Part shown: positions 9,940-23,891 of the stretch, in pieces
How the letters are laid out: every line of letters starts with the position of its first letter
How positions within the stretch are numbered: position 1 is the first letter of the stretch
Assembly: GCA_035687185.1 (NCBI GenBank)
Contig: DASRYN010000151.1
Location: forward strand, 1 to 36,497
Origin: Pseudoxanthomonas sp.
GTDB lineage: Bacteria; Pseudomonadota; Gammaproteobacteria; Xanthomonadales; Xanthomonadaceae
DNA length: 36,497 nt
Reading direction: 5' to 3'
Position numbers and translations under genes: made by a program
The notes under the pieces: model-generated
Databases searched by the model: none
The model's input: the letters and a program-made list of their open reading frames with translations, nothing else
What the model was told of the DNA's origin: nothing

Positions 9940-11100
9940 ATGAAGTTGCAAAGCCTGTCGCCGGCGATCGTGCTGCTGCTCGCCGCCTGCACCACCGCGC
10001 CCACCTCCGGCACCGCCGCCGCGCCCACCTCCGGCACCGCCGCCGCGCCCGACCGCGAACCGGACCAGTACGAGGCCGACGACATCCTGCTGCGCGACCA
10101 TGACGTGCCGCACGCGGTGGTGAAGGAGGCGTTCGTCACCGAGGCCACACCGGAGGACAACATCGACTCGCCCGCCAGCTGGCTGCAGGACGGCCGGCTC
10201 ATGGTGGTGGCCACCGCCAAGGCCACCGACCGCCTGGTGGTCTACGACGGCGACACCGGGCGCCGGCTGCGCACCGTCGGCGGCCCGGGCACCGGCCCCG
10301 GCCAGTTGCAGCGGCCCAACGGCGTGGCCACGGTCGACGACCGCTACGCCTTCGTGGTCGAGCGCGACAACCACCGCGTGCAGATGTTCCGCCTGCCGGG
10401 GTTCGAGCCGGTGCTCGCATTCGGCCAGGACGAGCTCGTGCAGCCCTACGGCCTTTGGGTGAACCGCAAGGGCGATGGCTACGAGGTGCTGGTCAGCGAT
10501 GCGTACATGGCCGGCGAGGACGCGCAGGGCGAGGACATCGTGCCGCCGCTTTCGCAGCTGGACCGTCGCTTCCGCCGCTACGAGCTGGGCCAGGCGGGCG
10601 GCACCTGGACCGCGCGCGCCGCCGGCGCGTTCGGCGACACCACGGCCGCCGGCGCGATCCGCGTGCCAGAATCGCTGTTCGGCGATGCGGCCAACGGCCG
10701 CCTGCTGGTGGCCGAGGAGGACGTGCCCACCGGAACCCGGCTGCGCGAGTACGACCTGCAGGGCCGCTACCTCGGCCGCGACGTGGGCGCCGGCAAGTAC
10801 GTCGCCCAGGCCGAGGGCATCGCCCTGATGCGCTGCGCCGACGGCAGCGGCTGGTGGGTGGGCAGCGACCAGTTCGCCGACCGCACCGTATTCCACCTGT
10901 TCGACCGCAGGAGCCTGGCGCACGTGGGTTCGTTCGCGGGCGAGGTCACCGGCCTGACCGACGGCGTGTGGCTGGACGAGCGCGGCGACGCGCGCTTCCC
11001 GCAGGGCGTGCTGTACGCCTCGCACCAGGACCTCGGCCTGGCCGCGTTCGACTGGCGCGACATCGCCGCGGCGCTGGGCCTGCCGGAGTGCCGGCGTTGA
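9940..11100 (+). CDS. Beta-propeller phytase-like lipoprotein
   Basis: Lipobox LLLAA-C; DNIDSPASW (cf. DDPAIW), ATAK, QAEGIAL, TDGVWL and FPQG segments resembling beta-propeller phytases. Confidence 0.78.
   Translation: MKLQSLSPAIVLLLAACTTAPTSGTAAAPTSGTAAAPDREPDQYEADDILLRDHDVPHAVVKEAFVTEATPEDNIDSPASWLQDGRLMVVATAKATDRLVVYDGDTGRRLRTVGGPGTGPGQLQRPNGVATVDDRYAFVVERDNHRVQMFRLPGFEPVLAFGQDELVQPYGLWVNRKGDGYEVLVSDAYMAGEDAQGEDIVPPLSQLDRRFRRYELGQAGGTWTARAAGAFGDTTAAGAIRVPESLFGDAANGRLLVAEEDVPTGTRLREYDLQGRYLGRDVGAGKYVAQAEGIALMRCADGSGWWVGSDQFADRTVFHLFDRRSLAHVGSFAGEVTGLTDGVWLDERGDARFPQGVLYASHQDLGLAAFDWRDIAAALGLPECRR
9997..10050 (+). repeat. Perfect 24-bp tandem repeat (APTSGTAA x2.25) in the lipoprotein linker
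   Basis: gcgcccacctccggcaccgccgcc at 9997-10020 and 10021-10044, plus a partial copy. Confidence 0.9.
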
Positions 11101-12485
11101 GCCGGCGCACGGCGCTGGCGCGCGGCCTGCTGGGCGCGCTGCTGTCCACCGCCTGCCTGCCGCTGGGCGCGCAGGAGCCCGCGGGCGGCGCCGAGCCGAA
11201 CACCCGCGTGCCCGCCGGCGTGGCGCGCTACGCGCCGGACGTGTTCCCGGAACGGATCGTGGCCTCGCCGGCGCAGGACGCCGCGACCGGGCTGGCCATG
11301 TCCTGGCGGACGGACGCCACGGTGGAGGCGCCCTGGCTGGAGATCGTGGTCGCCGGCGACTCCCCGGACATGGGCCCGCCGCGCCGGGTGCGGGCCTCGA
11401 CCCGTGCGCTGCAGACCGAGAACGGCCTGGCCCATTATCATCGGGCGGACGTGGACGGCCTGCAGCCGGACACGCTCTACGCCTGGCGTGTGCAGGGCGG
11501 CGGTACCTGGAGCGCATGGCACCACACCCGCACCGCGGCCGCGCCCGGCGCGCCGCTGACGCTGCTGTACTTCGGCGACACCCAGAACAAGAACGTCAGC
11601 CACGTCACCCGCGTGGTGCGCGAGGCCATGCGCCGCGCGCCGGAGGCCCGCCTGGCGCTGTTCGCCGGCGATCTGGTGAGCGGCGGCGACGGCGAGGACG
11701 ACAACGAGTGGGGCGAGTGGTTCGAGGCCATGGGCGCGCTGCCGACCTCGATGGCGGTGGCGCCGGCCGCCGGCAACCACGAGTACACCGAGTTCTTCGA
11801 GGACACGCCGAAGGAATACGAGGAACTGGGCGTGCACTGGCCGGCGACGTTCGCACTGCCGCGCAACGGCGTGGCCCAGGCGCCGGACACCACGTACTGG
11901 TTCGATTACCAGGACGTGCGCGTGGCCGTGCTCGACGGCACCGCCGCGCTGCAGAAGGGCGCCGCGGCCGCGCAGGCGCGCTGGCTGGACCGGGTGCTGT
12001 CCGGCGGCGACCGCCGCTGGCGCATCGTGCTGCTGCACCAGCCGTTCCACTCGGCCGCGCGCGGCAAGGACAACGCGGCGCTGCTGCAGCACCTGATGCC
12101 GGTGGTGCGGCGCCACCGCGTCGACCTGGTGCTGCAGGGGCACGACCACGTCTACGGCCGGCGCACCGCCGGGGGCGACGGCGTCCCGCCGGTGCTCACC
12201 GTGTCGGTGGCCGGGCCGAAGCAGTACCGCCTGTCCGCGCGCGCCAGGGACACGATGCGCCCGGTGGGCGAGGACACCCAGCTGTTCCAGGTGCTGCGCA
12301 TCGACGGCGGCCGGCTCCGCTACGAGGCCTTCACCGCCACCGGGCGCCTGTACGACGCGTTCGAGCTGGTGGACGAGGGCGGAGCCCGGCGCCTGGTCGA
12401 GATCGAGGACGGCCGCATCCCGGAGCGCGACTGCACCGCCCGCGCGCAGTCGCCCAAGGGCCGCGCCGACCGGTGCTGGGAGTGA
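11097..12485 (+). CDS. Exported metallophosphoesterase with purple-acid-phosphatase-like FN3 N-domain
   Basis: TTG start overlapping the phytase TGA with GGAG SD; SRRTAL twin-Arg signal; GDTQ, AGDLV, GNHE, LLHQP and GHDH calcineurin-like motifs. Confidence 0.85.
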   Translation: MSRRTALARGLLGALLSTACLPLGAQEPAGGAEPNTRVPAGVARYAPDVFPERIVASPAQDAATGLAMSWRTDATVEAPWLEIVVAGDSPDMGPPRRVRASTRALQTENGLAHYHRADVDGLQPDTLYAWRVQGGGTWSAWHHTRTAAAPGAPLTLLYFGDTQNKNVSHVTRVVREAMRRAPEARLALFAGDLVSGGDGEDDNEWGEWFEAMGALPTSMAVAPAAGNHEYTEFFEDTPKEYEELGVHWPATFALPRNGVAQAPDTTYWFDYQDVRVAVLDGTAALQKGAAAAQARWLDRVLSGGDRRWRIVLLHQPFHSAARGKDNAALLQHLMPVVRRHRVDLVLQGHDHVYGRRTAGGDGVPPVLTVSVAGPKQYRLSARARDTMRPVGEDTQLFQVLRIDGGRLRYEAFTATGRLYDAFELVDEGGARRLVEIEDGRIPERDCTARAQSPKGRADRCWE

Positions 12486-13123
12486 GCGTGCGCCCCGCCG
12501 CCAGGCCCGTCCCGGTGCTGCGCGCGCTGGCGACGCTGGCGCTGTGTGCCGCGGCCATGGCCGCGCAGGCGGCCTCGCCGCACGTGGGCCATCCGTTCCT
12601 CGCGCCGCAGCCCGCGCAGGCGCCCGGGGAGGTGCTGCTGGCGGTGGAGATCCCCGCCGGCAGCTTCACCAAGTACGAGATCGGCGAGGACGGGCTGCCG
12701 CGCGTGGACCGCTTCCTGTCCACGCCGATGGCCTATCCGGCCAACTACGGATCCATGCCGCGCACCCTGGCCGGCGACGGCGATCCGCTCGACGCGCTGG
12801 TGCTGACCCGCGAACCGCTGCACCCGGGCGTGCTCGTGCGTTTCCGCCCGATCGGCTTCCTGCGCATGACCGACAAGGGCGAGCGCGACGAGAAGGTGAT
12901 CGGGGTGCCGGTGGACGCGGTGGACCCGACCTATGCCGGCATCCGCGAACTGTCGGACCTGCCGGAGATGGAGCGGCTGCGCATCGAGGCCTTCTTCCGC
13001 GCCTACAAGCAGCTGCCGGGGCCGGAGAACCCGGTGCGCCTGGATGGCTTCGGCGGCGCGGCCGAGGCCAGGGCGCTGATCGGCGAGTCGATGCGCCGCT
13101 TCGAGGCCGGCCGCGGGCGCTGA
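12482..13123 (+). CDS. Family I inorganic pyrophosphatase with N-terminal signal peptide
   Basis: EIPAG..KYE, VDRF, YPANYG, DGDPLD, MTD...DEKV, FF..YK; GTG 12482 overlaps the upstream stop (alternative GTG 12488); hydrophobic leader ending AQA. Confidence 0.85.
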   Translation: MSVRPAARPVPVLRALATLALCAAAMAAQAASPHVGHPFLAPQPAQAPGEVLLAVEIPAGSFTKYEIGEDGLPRVDRFLSTPMAYPANYGSMPRTLAGDGDPLDALVLTREPLHPGVLVRFRPIGFLRMTDKGERDEKVIGVPVDAVDPTYAGIRELSDLPEMERLRIEAFFRAYKQLPGPENPVRLDGFGGAAEARALIGESMRRFEAGRGR

Positions 13124-13138
13124 GGCCGGCGGCGGCCG

Positions 13139-17595
<4,457 letters not shown>

Positions 17596-17879
17596 GCCGG
17601 CCACCGGGGCCGGCCGGGCCGGGTGTCGGCGTGCGGGCGGCATGGGGCGCAGAGTCGGCTGCGGCAGGACCGCCTCCGGCCGCGCCCGGCGGCCCCGGCA
17701 CCGGCGACCCGACCGCTTCCCGCGCGCCGCGGCCCGCCGCAGCCGACGCGCCCGGACGTGCCGCCGGAGTCCGGGCGGGAACCCCGCGGCGCGGGAATGG
17801 TCGGAATTGCGGCTTGCAAAGGAGGCCGTGCGCCCCTATGGCATAATCCCCGGCTATTTCGAAACGACCAGGAAGACCC

Positions 17880-18218
17880 ATGAGCCTTCTCGCCACCCTC
17901 GGCCCGTCCGCCATCCTCGCCGCCGCGCCCGCGCCGCAGGGCGGCGGCTTCGGCATGCTGCTGTTCCCGATCGTCCTGATCGCGATCATGTACTTCCTGA
18001 TGATCCGCCCGCAGATGAAGCGGCAGAAGGAGCACCAGGCCATGCTCGGCAAGCTGTCCCGCGGCGACGAGGTGCTGACCAACGGCGGCCTGGCCGGCGT
18101 GGTCACCGACATCGGCGACAACTTCGTGACCCTCGAGGTCGCCGACAACGTGCGCATCCGCGTGCAGAAGGGCGCCATCGCCAACGTGCTGCCCAAGGGC
18201 ACGCTGAAGTCCGCCTGA
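17880..18218 (+). CDS. yajC: Preprotein translocase subunit YajC
   Basis: MYFLMIRPQMKRQKEH, GDEVLTNGGLAG; tgt-yajC-secD order. Confidence 0.96.
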   Translation: MSLLATLGPSAILAAAPAPQGGGFGMLLFPIVLIAIMYFLMIRPQMKRQKEHQAMLGKLSRGDEVLTNGGLAGVVTDIGDNFVTLEVADNVRIRVQKGAIANVLPKGTLKSA

Positions 18219-18276
18219 TCCTCCCGTCCCACCGCTGAGCGTGGTCCCGCGGGGCGGGGCCGCGCGGGGTCCCGCA

Positions 18277-20118
18277 ATGCTCGAATTCCCCCGCTGGAAG
18301 TATTTCGTCATCCTGCTGGTGCTGGCGGTCAGCGCGCTCTACGCGCTGCCGAACGTCTACCAGAACGACTACGCGGTGCAGATCACCGCCAGCCGCGGCG
18401 CCGCGCTCGACGACGCGCTGCGCGGCCGCGTCGAGGCCGGGCTGAAGGAGGCGGGCGTGACCGCCAAGTCCGTCGCCGTCGAGGGGGGCAACCTGATGGT
18501 GCGCCTGGCCGACGCCGACGCCCAGACCCGGGCCGCCGACGCCCTGCGCTCCGACCTGGGCGAGAACTACACCGTCGCCCTGAACCTGGCCTCCAACGTG
18601 CCCGACTGGCTCGACCGCCTGGGCGCCAAGCCGATGGTGCTGGGCCTGGACCTGCAGGGCGGCGTGCACTTCGTGCTGCAGGTGGACCAGCAGGCGGCGC
18701 TGGAGAAGCGCGTGGACGCCTACGTCGAGGACGTGCGGGTGACCCTGCGCGACAACCGCATCCGCTACACCGCGGTGGACCGCCGCGCCGACCACTCCAT
18801 CGCCGTCTCGCTGGGCTCGGGCGCCGATCCGGCCAAGGCCCGTGAGGCGCTGGCGCGCGCCATGCCGACCCTGACCCTGGAAGGCGAGGGCGCCGGCCTG
18901 GTGGTGCGCATCCCCGAGACGGAGCTGACCCAGATCGCCGGCTCGGCCATCGAGCAGAACATCACCACCCTGCGCAACCGCGTCAACGAGCTGGGCGTGG
19001 CCGAGCCCATCATCCAGCGCCAGGGCGACGACCGCATCGTGGTGCAGCTGCCCGGCGTGCAGGACACCGCCGAGGCCAAGCGCATGATCGGCGCCACCGC
19101 CACGCTGGAATACCGCGCCGTGATCGACGGCAGCGCCGCCGACGCGGTGGCCACCGGCCGCGTGCCGCCAGAGGCCAAGGTGTTCTACCGCCGCGACGGC
19201 CGCCCCGAGCTGCTGAGCAAGCGGGTGATCGTGACCGGCGACCAGATGGTGGCCGCGCAGAGCACCGTCGACCAGAACGGCCAGCCTGCGGTCAGCGTCA
19301 CGCTGAACAACGTCGGCGGCGACCGCATGTTCGACTTCACCAGCCAGAACGTCGGCAAGCCGATGGCCGTGGTCTACACCGAGCGCATCCCGCAGGTGAC
19401 CATGGTCGACGGCAAGGAGGTCCGCAGCTTCCGCGTCCGCGAGGAGGTCATCTCGGTGGCCAACGTCAACGGCGTGTTCGGCAAGAACTTCCAGACCACC
19501 GGCCTGGAGAAGACCGAGGCCGACGACCTGGCCAAGCTGCTGCGCGCCGGTTCGCTGGCCGCGCCGATGGACTTCGTCGAGGAGCGCATCGTCGGCCCCA
19601 GCCTGGGCAAGGAGAACGTGGAGCGCGGCGTCACCGCGGTGCTGTACGCGTTCCTGTTCACGCTGCTGTTCTTCGCGGTGTACTACCGCATGTTCGGCGT
19701 GATCACCGGCATCGCGCTGCTGTTCAACCTGCTGATCGTGGTGGCGATCATGTCGCTGTTCGGGGCCACCATGACGCTGCCGGGCTTCGCCGGCCTGGCG
19801 CTGTCCATCGGCCTGTCGGTGGACGCCAACGTGCTGATCAACGAGCGCATCCGCGAGGAGCTGCGTTCGGGCGTGCCGCCCAAGGCGGCCATCGCCGGCG
19901 GCTACGAGAAGGCGTCCGGCACCATCTTCGACGCCAACCTCACCGGCATCCTCGCCGGCGTGGCGCTGTACGCCTTCGGCACCGGCCCGCTCAAGGGCTT
20001 CGCGCTGACGATGGTGATCGGCATCCTGGCCTCGATGTTCACCGCGATCACCGTATCGCGCGCACTGGCGGTGCTGGTGTATGCGCGCCGCAAGAAGCTC
20101 AAGTCCCTGGCGGTCTGA
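18277..20118 (+). CDS. secD: Protein translocase subunit SecD
   Basis: LGLDLQGG, RVNELGVAEP, VGPSLG, VDANVLINERIREE, DANLT, GPLKGFA. Confidence 0.97.
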   Translation: MLEFPRWKYFVILLVLAVSALYALPNVYQNDYAVQITASRGAALDDALRGRVEAGLKEAGVTAKSVAVEGGNLMVRLADADAQTRAADALRSDLGENYTVALNLASNVPDWLDRLGAKPMVLGLDLQGGVHFVLQVDQQAALEKRVDAYVEDVRVTLRDNRIRYTAVDRRADHSIAVSLGSGADPAKAREALARAMPTLTLEGEGAGLVVRIPETELTQIAGSAIEQNITTLRNRVNELGVAEPIIQRQGDDRIVVQLPGVQDTAEAKRMIGATATLEYRAVIDGSAADAVATGRVPPEAKVFYRRDGRPELLSKRVIVTGDQMVAAQSTVDQNGQPAVSVTLNNVGGDRMFDFTSQNVGKPMAVVYTERIPQVTMVDGKEVRSFRVREEVISVANVNGVFGKNFQTTGLEKTEADDLAKLLRAGSLAAPMDFVEERIVGPSLGKENVERGVTAVLYAFLFTLLFFAVYYRMFGVITGIALLFNLLIVVAIMSLFGATMTLPGFAGLALSIGLSVDANVLINERIREELRSGVPPKAAIAGGYEKASGTIFDANLTGILAGVALYAFGTGPLKGFALTMVIGILASMFTAITVSRALAVLVYARRKKLKSLAV

Positions 20119-20134
20119 GGGAGGACCGAGAACC

Positions 20135-21100
20135 ATGAAGATCTTCCCGCTGAGCCTGATCCCCAACGACACGCGCATCGACTTCATGCGGATGCGCTGG
20201 GTGTCGGTCGCCGTGGCCGCGCTGGTGTTCGCCGCGGCGGTGGCCGGCATCGCGGTCAAGGGTTTCAACTACGCCCTGGACTTCACCGGCGGCACCGTGG
20301 TGGAGGTGCGCTTCGAGCGCCCGGCCAACGTCGACCAGGTGCGCGAGCGCCTGGACACGGCCGGGTACGCCGGCGCGCAGGTGCAGAGCTTCGGCTCGGG
20401 CACCGACCTGCTGGTGCGGCTGCAGCCGCGCGACGGCGAGACGACCACCGATGCCAACAACCGCACCGCGCAGGAGGTGCTGGCGGCGGTGGCCGCGCCG
20501 GACAACCGCGCCACGCTGATGCGGACCGAGTTCGTCGGCCCGCAGGTGGGGCGCGAGCTGGCCATCAACGGCCTGTACGCGGCCATCTTCGTCGTGGTGG
20601 GCTTCCTGATCTACATCGGCTTCCGCTTCGAGTGGAAGTTCGCGGTGGTGGCCACACTGACGACGCTGTTCGACGTGCTGGTCACGGCGGCCTACTTCGC
20701 CTGGAGCGGGCGCGACTTCGACCTCACCGTCCTGGCCGGCCTGCTGGCGGTGATGGGCTTCTCGATCAACGACACCATCGTGGTCTTCGACCGCGTGCGC
20801 GAGAACTTCCGCAGCCTGCGCGTGGAGCCGCTGGAGGTGTTCAACCGTTCGATCAACCAGACGCTGTCGCGCACGATCATCACGTCGCTGGTGTTCTTCC
20901 TGTCGGTGCTGGCGCTGTACCTGTACGGCGGCGGTTCGCTGGAGGGGCTGGCGCTGACGCAGATGATCGGCGCGGTGATCGGCACGCTCTCGTCGATCTT
21001 CCTGGCCTGCCCGCTGCTGACAATCGGCTTGCTGAAGGTCACCAAGCAGGACCTGCTGCCCAAGGCCAAGGACGAGGCGGCGCTGGCGCGGCGGCCGTAA
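20135..21100 (+). CDS. secF: Protein translocase subunit SecF
   Basis: LDFTGG, VGPQVG, GFSINDTIVVFDRVRE, QTLSRT; GGAGG SD. Confidence 0.97.
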   Translation: MKIFPLSLIPNDTRIDFMRMRWVSVAVAALVFAAAVAGIAVKGFNYALDFTGGTVVEVRFERPANVDQVRERLDTAGYAGAQVQSFGSGTDLLVRLQPRDGETTTDANNRTAQEVLAAVAAPDNRATLMRTEFVGPQVGRELAINGLYAAIFVVVGFLIYIGFRFEWKFAVVATLTTLFDVLVTAAYFAWSGRDFDLTVLAGLLAVMGFSINDTIVVFDRVRENFRSLRVEPLEVFNRSINQTLSRTIITSLVFFLSVLALYLYGGGSLEGLALTQMIGAVIGTLSSIFLACPLLTIGLLKVTKQDLLPKAKDEAALARRP

Positions 21101-21122
21101 CCGCGCTCGGCCACGCAAGGCG

Positions 21123-21153
21123 AAGAAGCCGCCCCCGGGGCGGCTTCTTTTTT
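21123..21153 (+). terminator. Intrinsic terminator after secF
   Basis: aagaagccgccc/gggcggcttctt stem followed by a T-run. Confidence 0.85.
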
Positions 21154-21212
21154 GATGTTTCCCCAGGGCGTCGGGGGGGGGGGCTGGCCCAGGCGGTGCC
21201 GGGGCCGCTCCC

Positions 21213-22037
21213 TCAGGCGAAGGCGGCGGCGTAGCCGGTGTTGACGACCAGCTTCTGCAGTTCGTCGGCCACGCGGACGTTGCCGGCGATGATCTGCCGG
21301 GCTTCCGGGCCGCGCTCGTCCAGGCGCGGGGTGGCGGCGCCGCGGAAGTCGCAGATCCGGCCGCCGGCCTCGCGCACCAGCAGCACGCCGGCGGCGATGT
21401 CCCACGCCTTCACGCCTGCCTCGAAATAGGCGTCCAGGCGGCCGCAGGCGACGTAGGCCAGGTCCAGCGCGGCCGAGCCGGTGCGGCGCACGTCCTCGGC
21501 CTGGGCCAGCAGCGCGTCCACGCACTTGAGCTGGGCGCTGGCGCGGGCGCGCTCGCGCGGCGGGAAGCCGGTGCCGACCACGGTGCCGGCCAGTTCCTTG
21601 CGGTCGGCCACGCGGATGCGGCGGTCGTTGAGCACCGCGCCGGCGCCGCGGCTGGCGGTGAACAGCTCGTTGCGCAGCGGGTCGAAGATCACCGCGTCGG
21701 TCGGCTCGCCGTTGTCGACCAGGGCGATGGACACGCAGTAGTGGGGGAAGCCGCGCAGGTAGTTGCTGGTGCCGTCCAGCGGGTCGATCACCCACTGCAG
21801 GCGGCCCTGGCGGCCCGGCTGGTGGCCGCCTTCCTCGCCCAGCACCCCGTAGTCGGGGTAGGCGCGGCGCAGTTCCTTCACGATCACCTGCTCGGCGTCG
21901 GCATCGACCTCGCTGGCGTAGTCCATGCGCTGCTTCTGGACCACGTTGAGCGCGTCCAGGCGGTTGATGTGGCGCAGCAGGACGTTGCCGCCGAGGCGGG
22001 CGGCCTTGACCATGACGTTGACGACGGGCTTCTGCAA
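21213..22037 (-). CDS. suhB: Inositol monophosphatase / Nus factor SuhB
   Basis: TTG start with GGGAG SD ([14 protein letters not shown]); [38 protein letters not shown]; divergent from trmJ. Confidence 0.94.
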   Translation of the reverse strand: MQKPVVNVMVKAARLGGNVLLRHINRLDALNVVQKQRMDYASEVDADAEQVIVKELRRAYPDYGVLGEEGGHQPGRQGRLQWVIDPLDGTSNYLRGFPHYCVSIALVDNGEPTDAVIFDPLRNELFTASRGAGAVLNDRRIRVADRKELAGTVVGTGFPPRERARASAQLKCVDALLAQAEDVRRTGSAALDLAYVACGRLDAYFEAGVKAWDIAAGVLLVREAGGRICDFRGAATPRLDERGPEARQIIAGNVRVADELQKLVVNTGYAAAFA

Positions 22038-22077
22038 GGCGAAGGCTCCCGGTAGGGCTGGGAAGGAACGGCGAAGG

Positions 22078-22086
22078 AAAAGAGCG
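22078..22086 (-). promoter_or_regulatory. boxA-like element in the suhB leader
   Basis: Minus strand CGCTCTTTT between an extended -10 (TGgTAAACT, hexamer 22112-22117) and the suhB start. Confidence 0.45.
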
Positions 22087-22128
22087 GACCGGCGCGCGAG
22101 GCCGGGCGCGCAGTTTACCATCTGCGCC

Positions 22129-22926
22129 ATGTCCGATTCCGCCCCCGCCACGGCCGCCCCGGCCGACAACCTCCGTATCGTCCTGGTCGGCACCCAGCAT
22201 CCCGGCAACATCGGCGCGGCCGCGCGCGCCATGAAGACCATGGGCCTGTCGCGCCTGGTCCTGGTGGCGCCGGAGACCGCGCCCAACGACGAGGCCTACC
22301 GCCGCGCCGCCGGCGCCGAGGATCTGATCCAGGCCGCGCCGGTCCATGCCGACCTCGCCGCCGCGGTGGCCGACTGCCGGCTGGTGCTGGGCTGCACCGC
22401 GCGCAGCCGCCGGGTACAGCTGGAGCAGCTGGACCCGGACGCGGCCGCCGGCCGGCTGCTGCAGCACGCGGGCGAGGGGCCGGTGGCGCTGGTGTTCGGG
22501 CGCGAGCGCACCGGGCTGACCAACGAGGAGCTGCAGCTGTGCCACGCCTCGGTGCACATTCCCTCCGACCCGGCATTCAGTTCGCTGAACCTGGCCGCGG
22601 CGGTGCAGGTACTGGCCTACGAGGTCCGGCTGGCGCTGCTGGCCGCCGCGCCCGGGCCGGCGCCGCAGCCGCGCCCCGACGACCTGCCGGCCACGCACGC
22701 GCAGGTCGAGGGGTTCTTCGCGCAGCTCGCCGACACGCTGGAGGCGATCGATTTCCACAAGGGCCGCACCCCGGACTCGGCCATGCGCAAGCTGCGCCGG
22801 CTGTTCCTGCGCTGCGACCTGACGGTCAACGAGGTGCGCCTGCTGCGCGGGGTGCTGGCCGACGCGCAGCGCATGGCGCGGCTGGCCGCCGACGCCGCCG
22901 GCCGCGGGTCGCCGCTGTCCCCCTGA
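22129..22926 (+). CDS. trmJ: tRNA (C32/U32-2'-O)-methyltransferase, TrmJ/LasT family
   Basis: [46 protein letters not shown]. Confidence 0.93.
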   Translation: MSDSAPATAAPADNLRIVLVGTQHPGNIGAAARAMKTMGLSRLVLVAPETAPNDEAYRRAAGAEDLIQAAPVHADLAAAVADCRLVLGCTARSRRVQLEQLDPDAAAGRLLQHAGEGPVALVFGRERTGLTNEELQLCHASVHIPSDPAFSSLNLAAAVQVLAYEVRLALLAAAPGPAPQPRPDDLPATHAQVEGFFAQLADTLEAIDFHKGRTPDSAMRKLRRLFLRCDLTVNEVRLLRGVLADAQRMARLAADAAGRGSPLSP

Positions 22927-22979
22927 GCGGCTTTCGGCTAGGCTTCCCGCCCATGAAGGGGGCCGGCTTGTCGTCCAGC

Positions 22980-23891
22980 ATGCGCAGATGGATCCAGGCC
23001 GTGGTTTGGGGCCTGCTGCTGGCCGTCCTGCCGGTCGCACGGGCCGAGGACAGCCACGTGCTGGTGCTGGGCCGCATCAGCGACGACCCCGCCGCCCACT
23101 ACGACCAGCTCAAGGCGCTGCTGGACTACGTGGTGCCGCGCATGCGCGAGGTGGGCATCACCGAGGGGCGCGTGCTGATGGCGCGCGACGCGCAGCAGAT
23201 GGCCAGCTATCTGCGGCGCGGCCGGGTGGACTGGGTCACCGAGACCGCCAGCACCGCGGTGCAGCTGCAGAAACGCGCCGGCGCCCGCCTGCTGCTGCTG
23301 ACCGAACGCGGCGGCGTGAGCCGCTACCACACGGTGTTCTTCGCCCGCCGCGGCGGGCCGGTGCGCACGCTCCAGGACCTGCGCGGCCGCACCCTGGCCC
23401 TGCAGAGCACCGCCTCCACCAGCGCCTACATGGTGCCGATGACCACGCTGCTCGAGGCCGGGCTGGAGCCGGAGATCCTGCTCAGCCCCGGCGACCTGCC
23501 CTCCGCCGGCAGGGTGGGCTACCTGTTCGCCCGCTCCGAGCTCAACATCACGGTCTGGGTGCAGAAGCGGCTGGTGGACGCGGGCGCGATCAGCAACCTG
23601 GACTGGAGCGACCCGGACCGGATGCCGCCGGCGTTCAAGGCCGACCTGGAAGTCTTCCACGAGACCCCGGCCTATCCCCGCGCGCTGGAACTGGTGCGGG
23701 CCGACCTGCGGCCGGAGGTCGAGGCGCGGCTGCGCGAGGTGCTGCTGGAGGCCGCCGCGGACCCGGAGGCGGGGCAGGCCCTGAAGCTGTTCTTCGATAC
23801 CTCGCGCTTCCTGCCGCTGGACCAGGAGCTGGAGCGCGCGCTGGACGGGCTCCGCGCAGGCGTGGCCCGGGTGCGCGCGGAGGTCGAATGA
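22980..23891 (+). CDS. Periplasmic phosphate/phosphite/phosphonate-binding protein (PhnD-like)
   Basis: Signal peptide ending ARA; LQDLRGRTLALQSTASTSAYMVP matches the DL.G..... S.TS.Y.P pattern; VDAGA; start could be 22953. Confidence 0.8.
   Translation: MRRWIQAVVWGLLLAVLPVARAEDSHVLVLGRISDDPAAHYDQLKALLDYVVPRMREVGITEGRVLMARDAQQMASYLRRGRVDWVTETASTAVQLQKRAGARLLLLTERGGVSRYHTVFFARRGGPVRTLQDLRGRTLALQSTASTSAYMVPMTTLLEAGLEPEILLSPGDLPSAGRVGYLFARSELNITVWVQKRLVDAGAISNLDWSDPDRMPPAFKADLEVFHETPAYPRALELVRADLRPEVEARLREVLLEAAADPEAGQALKLFFDTSRFLPLDQELERALDGLRAGVARVRAEVE

Noticed and set aside
17596-17879. 284-bp GC-rich tgt-yajC spacer as ncRNA or riboswitch
   Set aside because: No recognisable RNA motif; hairpins are expected at this GC content; the distal part looks like a plain yajC promoter.
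21173-21183. G11 homopolymer as a phase-variation tract
   Set aside because: Lies between convergent gene ends, outside any ORF or promoter.
21213-22037. suhB as part of phytate/inositol catabolism
   Set aside because: It sits in the standard suhB/trmJ housekeeping context and has a boxA-like leader; proximity to the phytase is probably coincidental.
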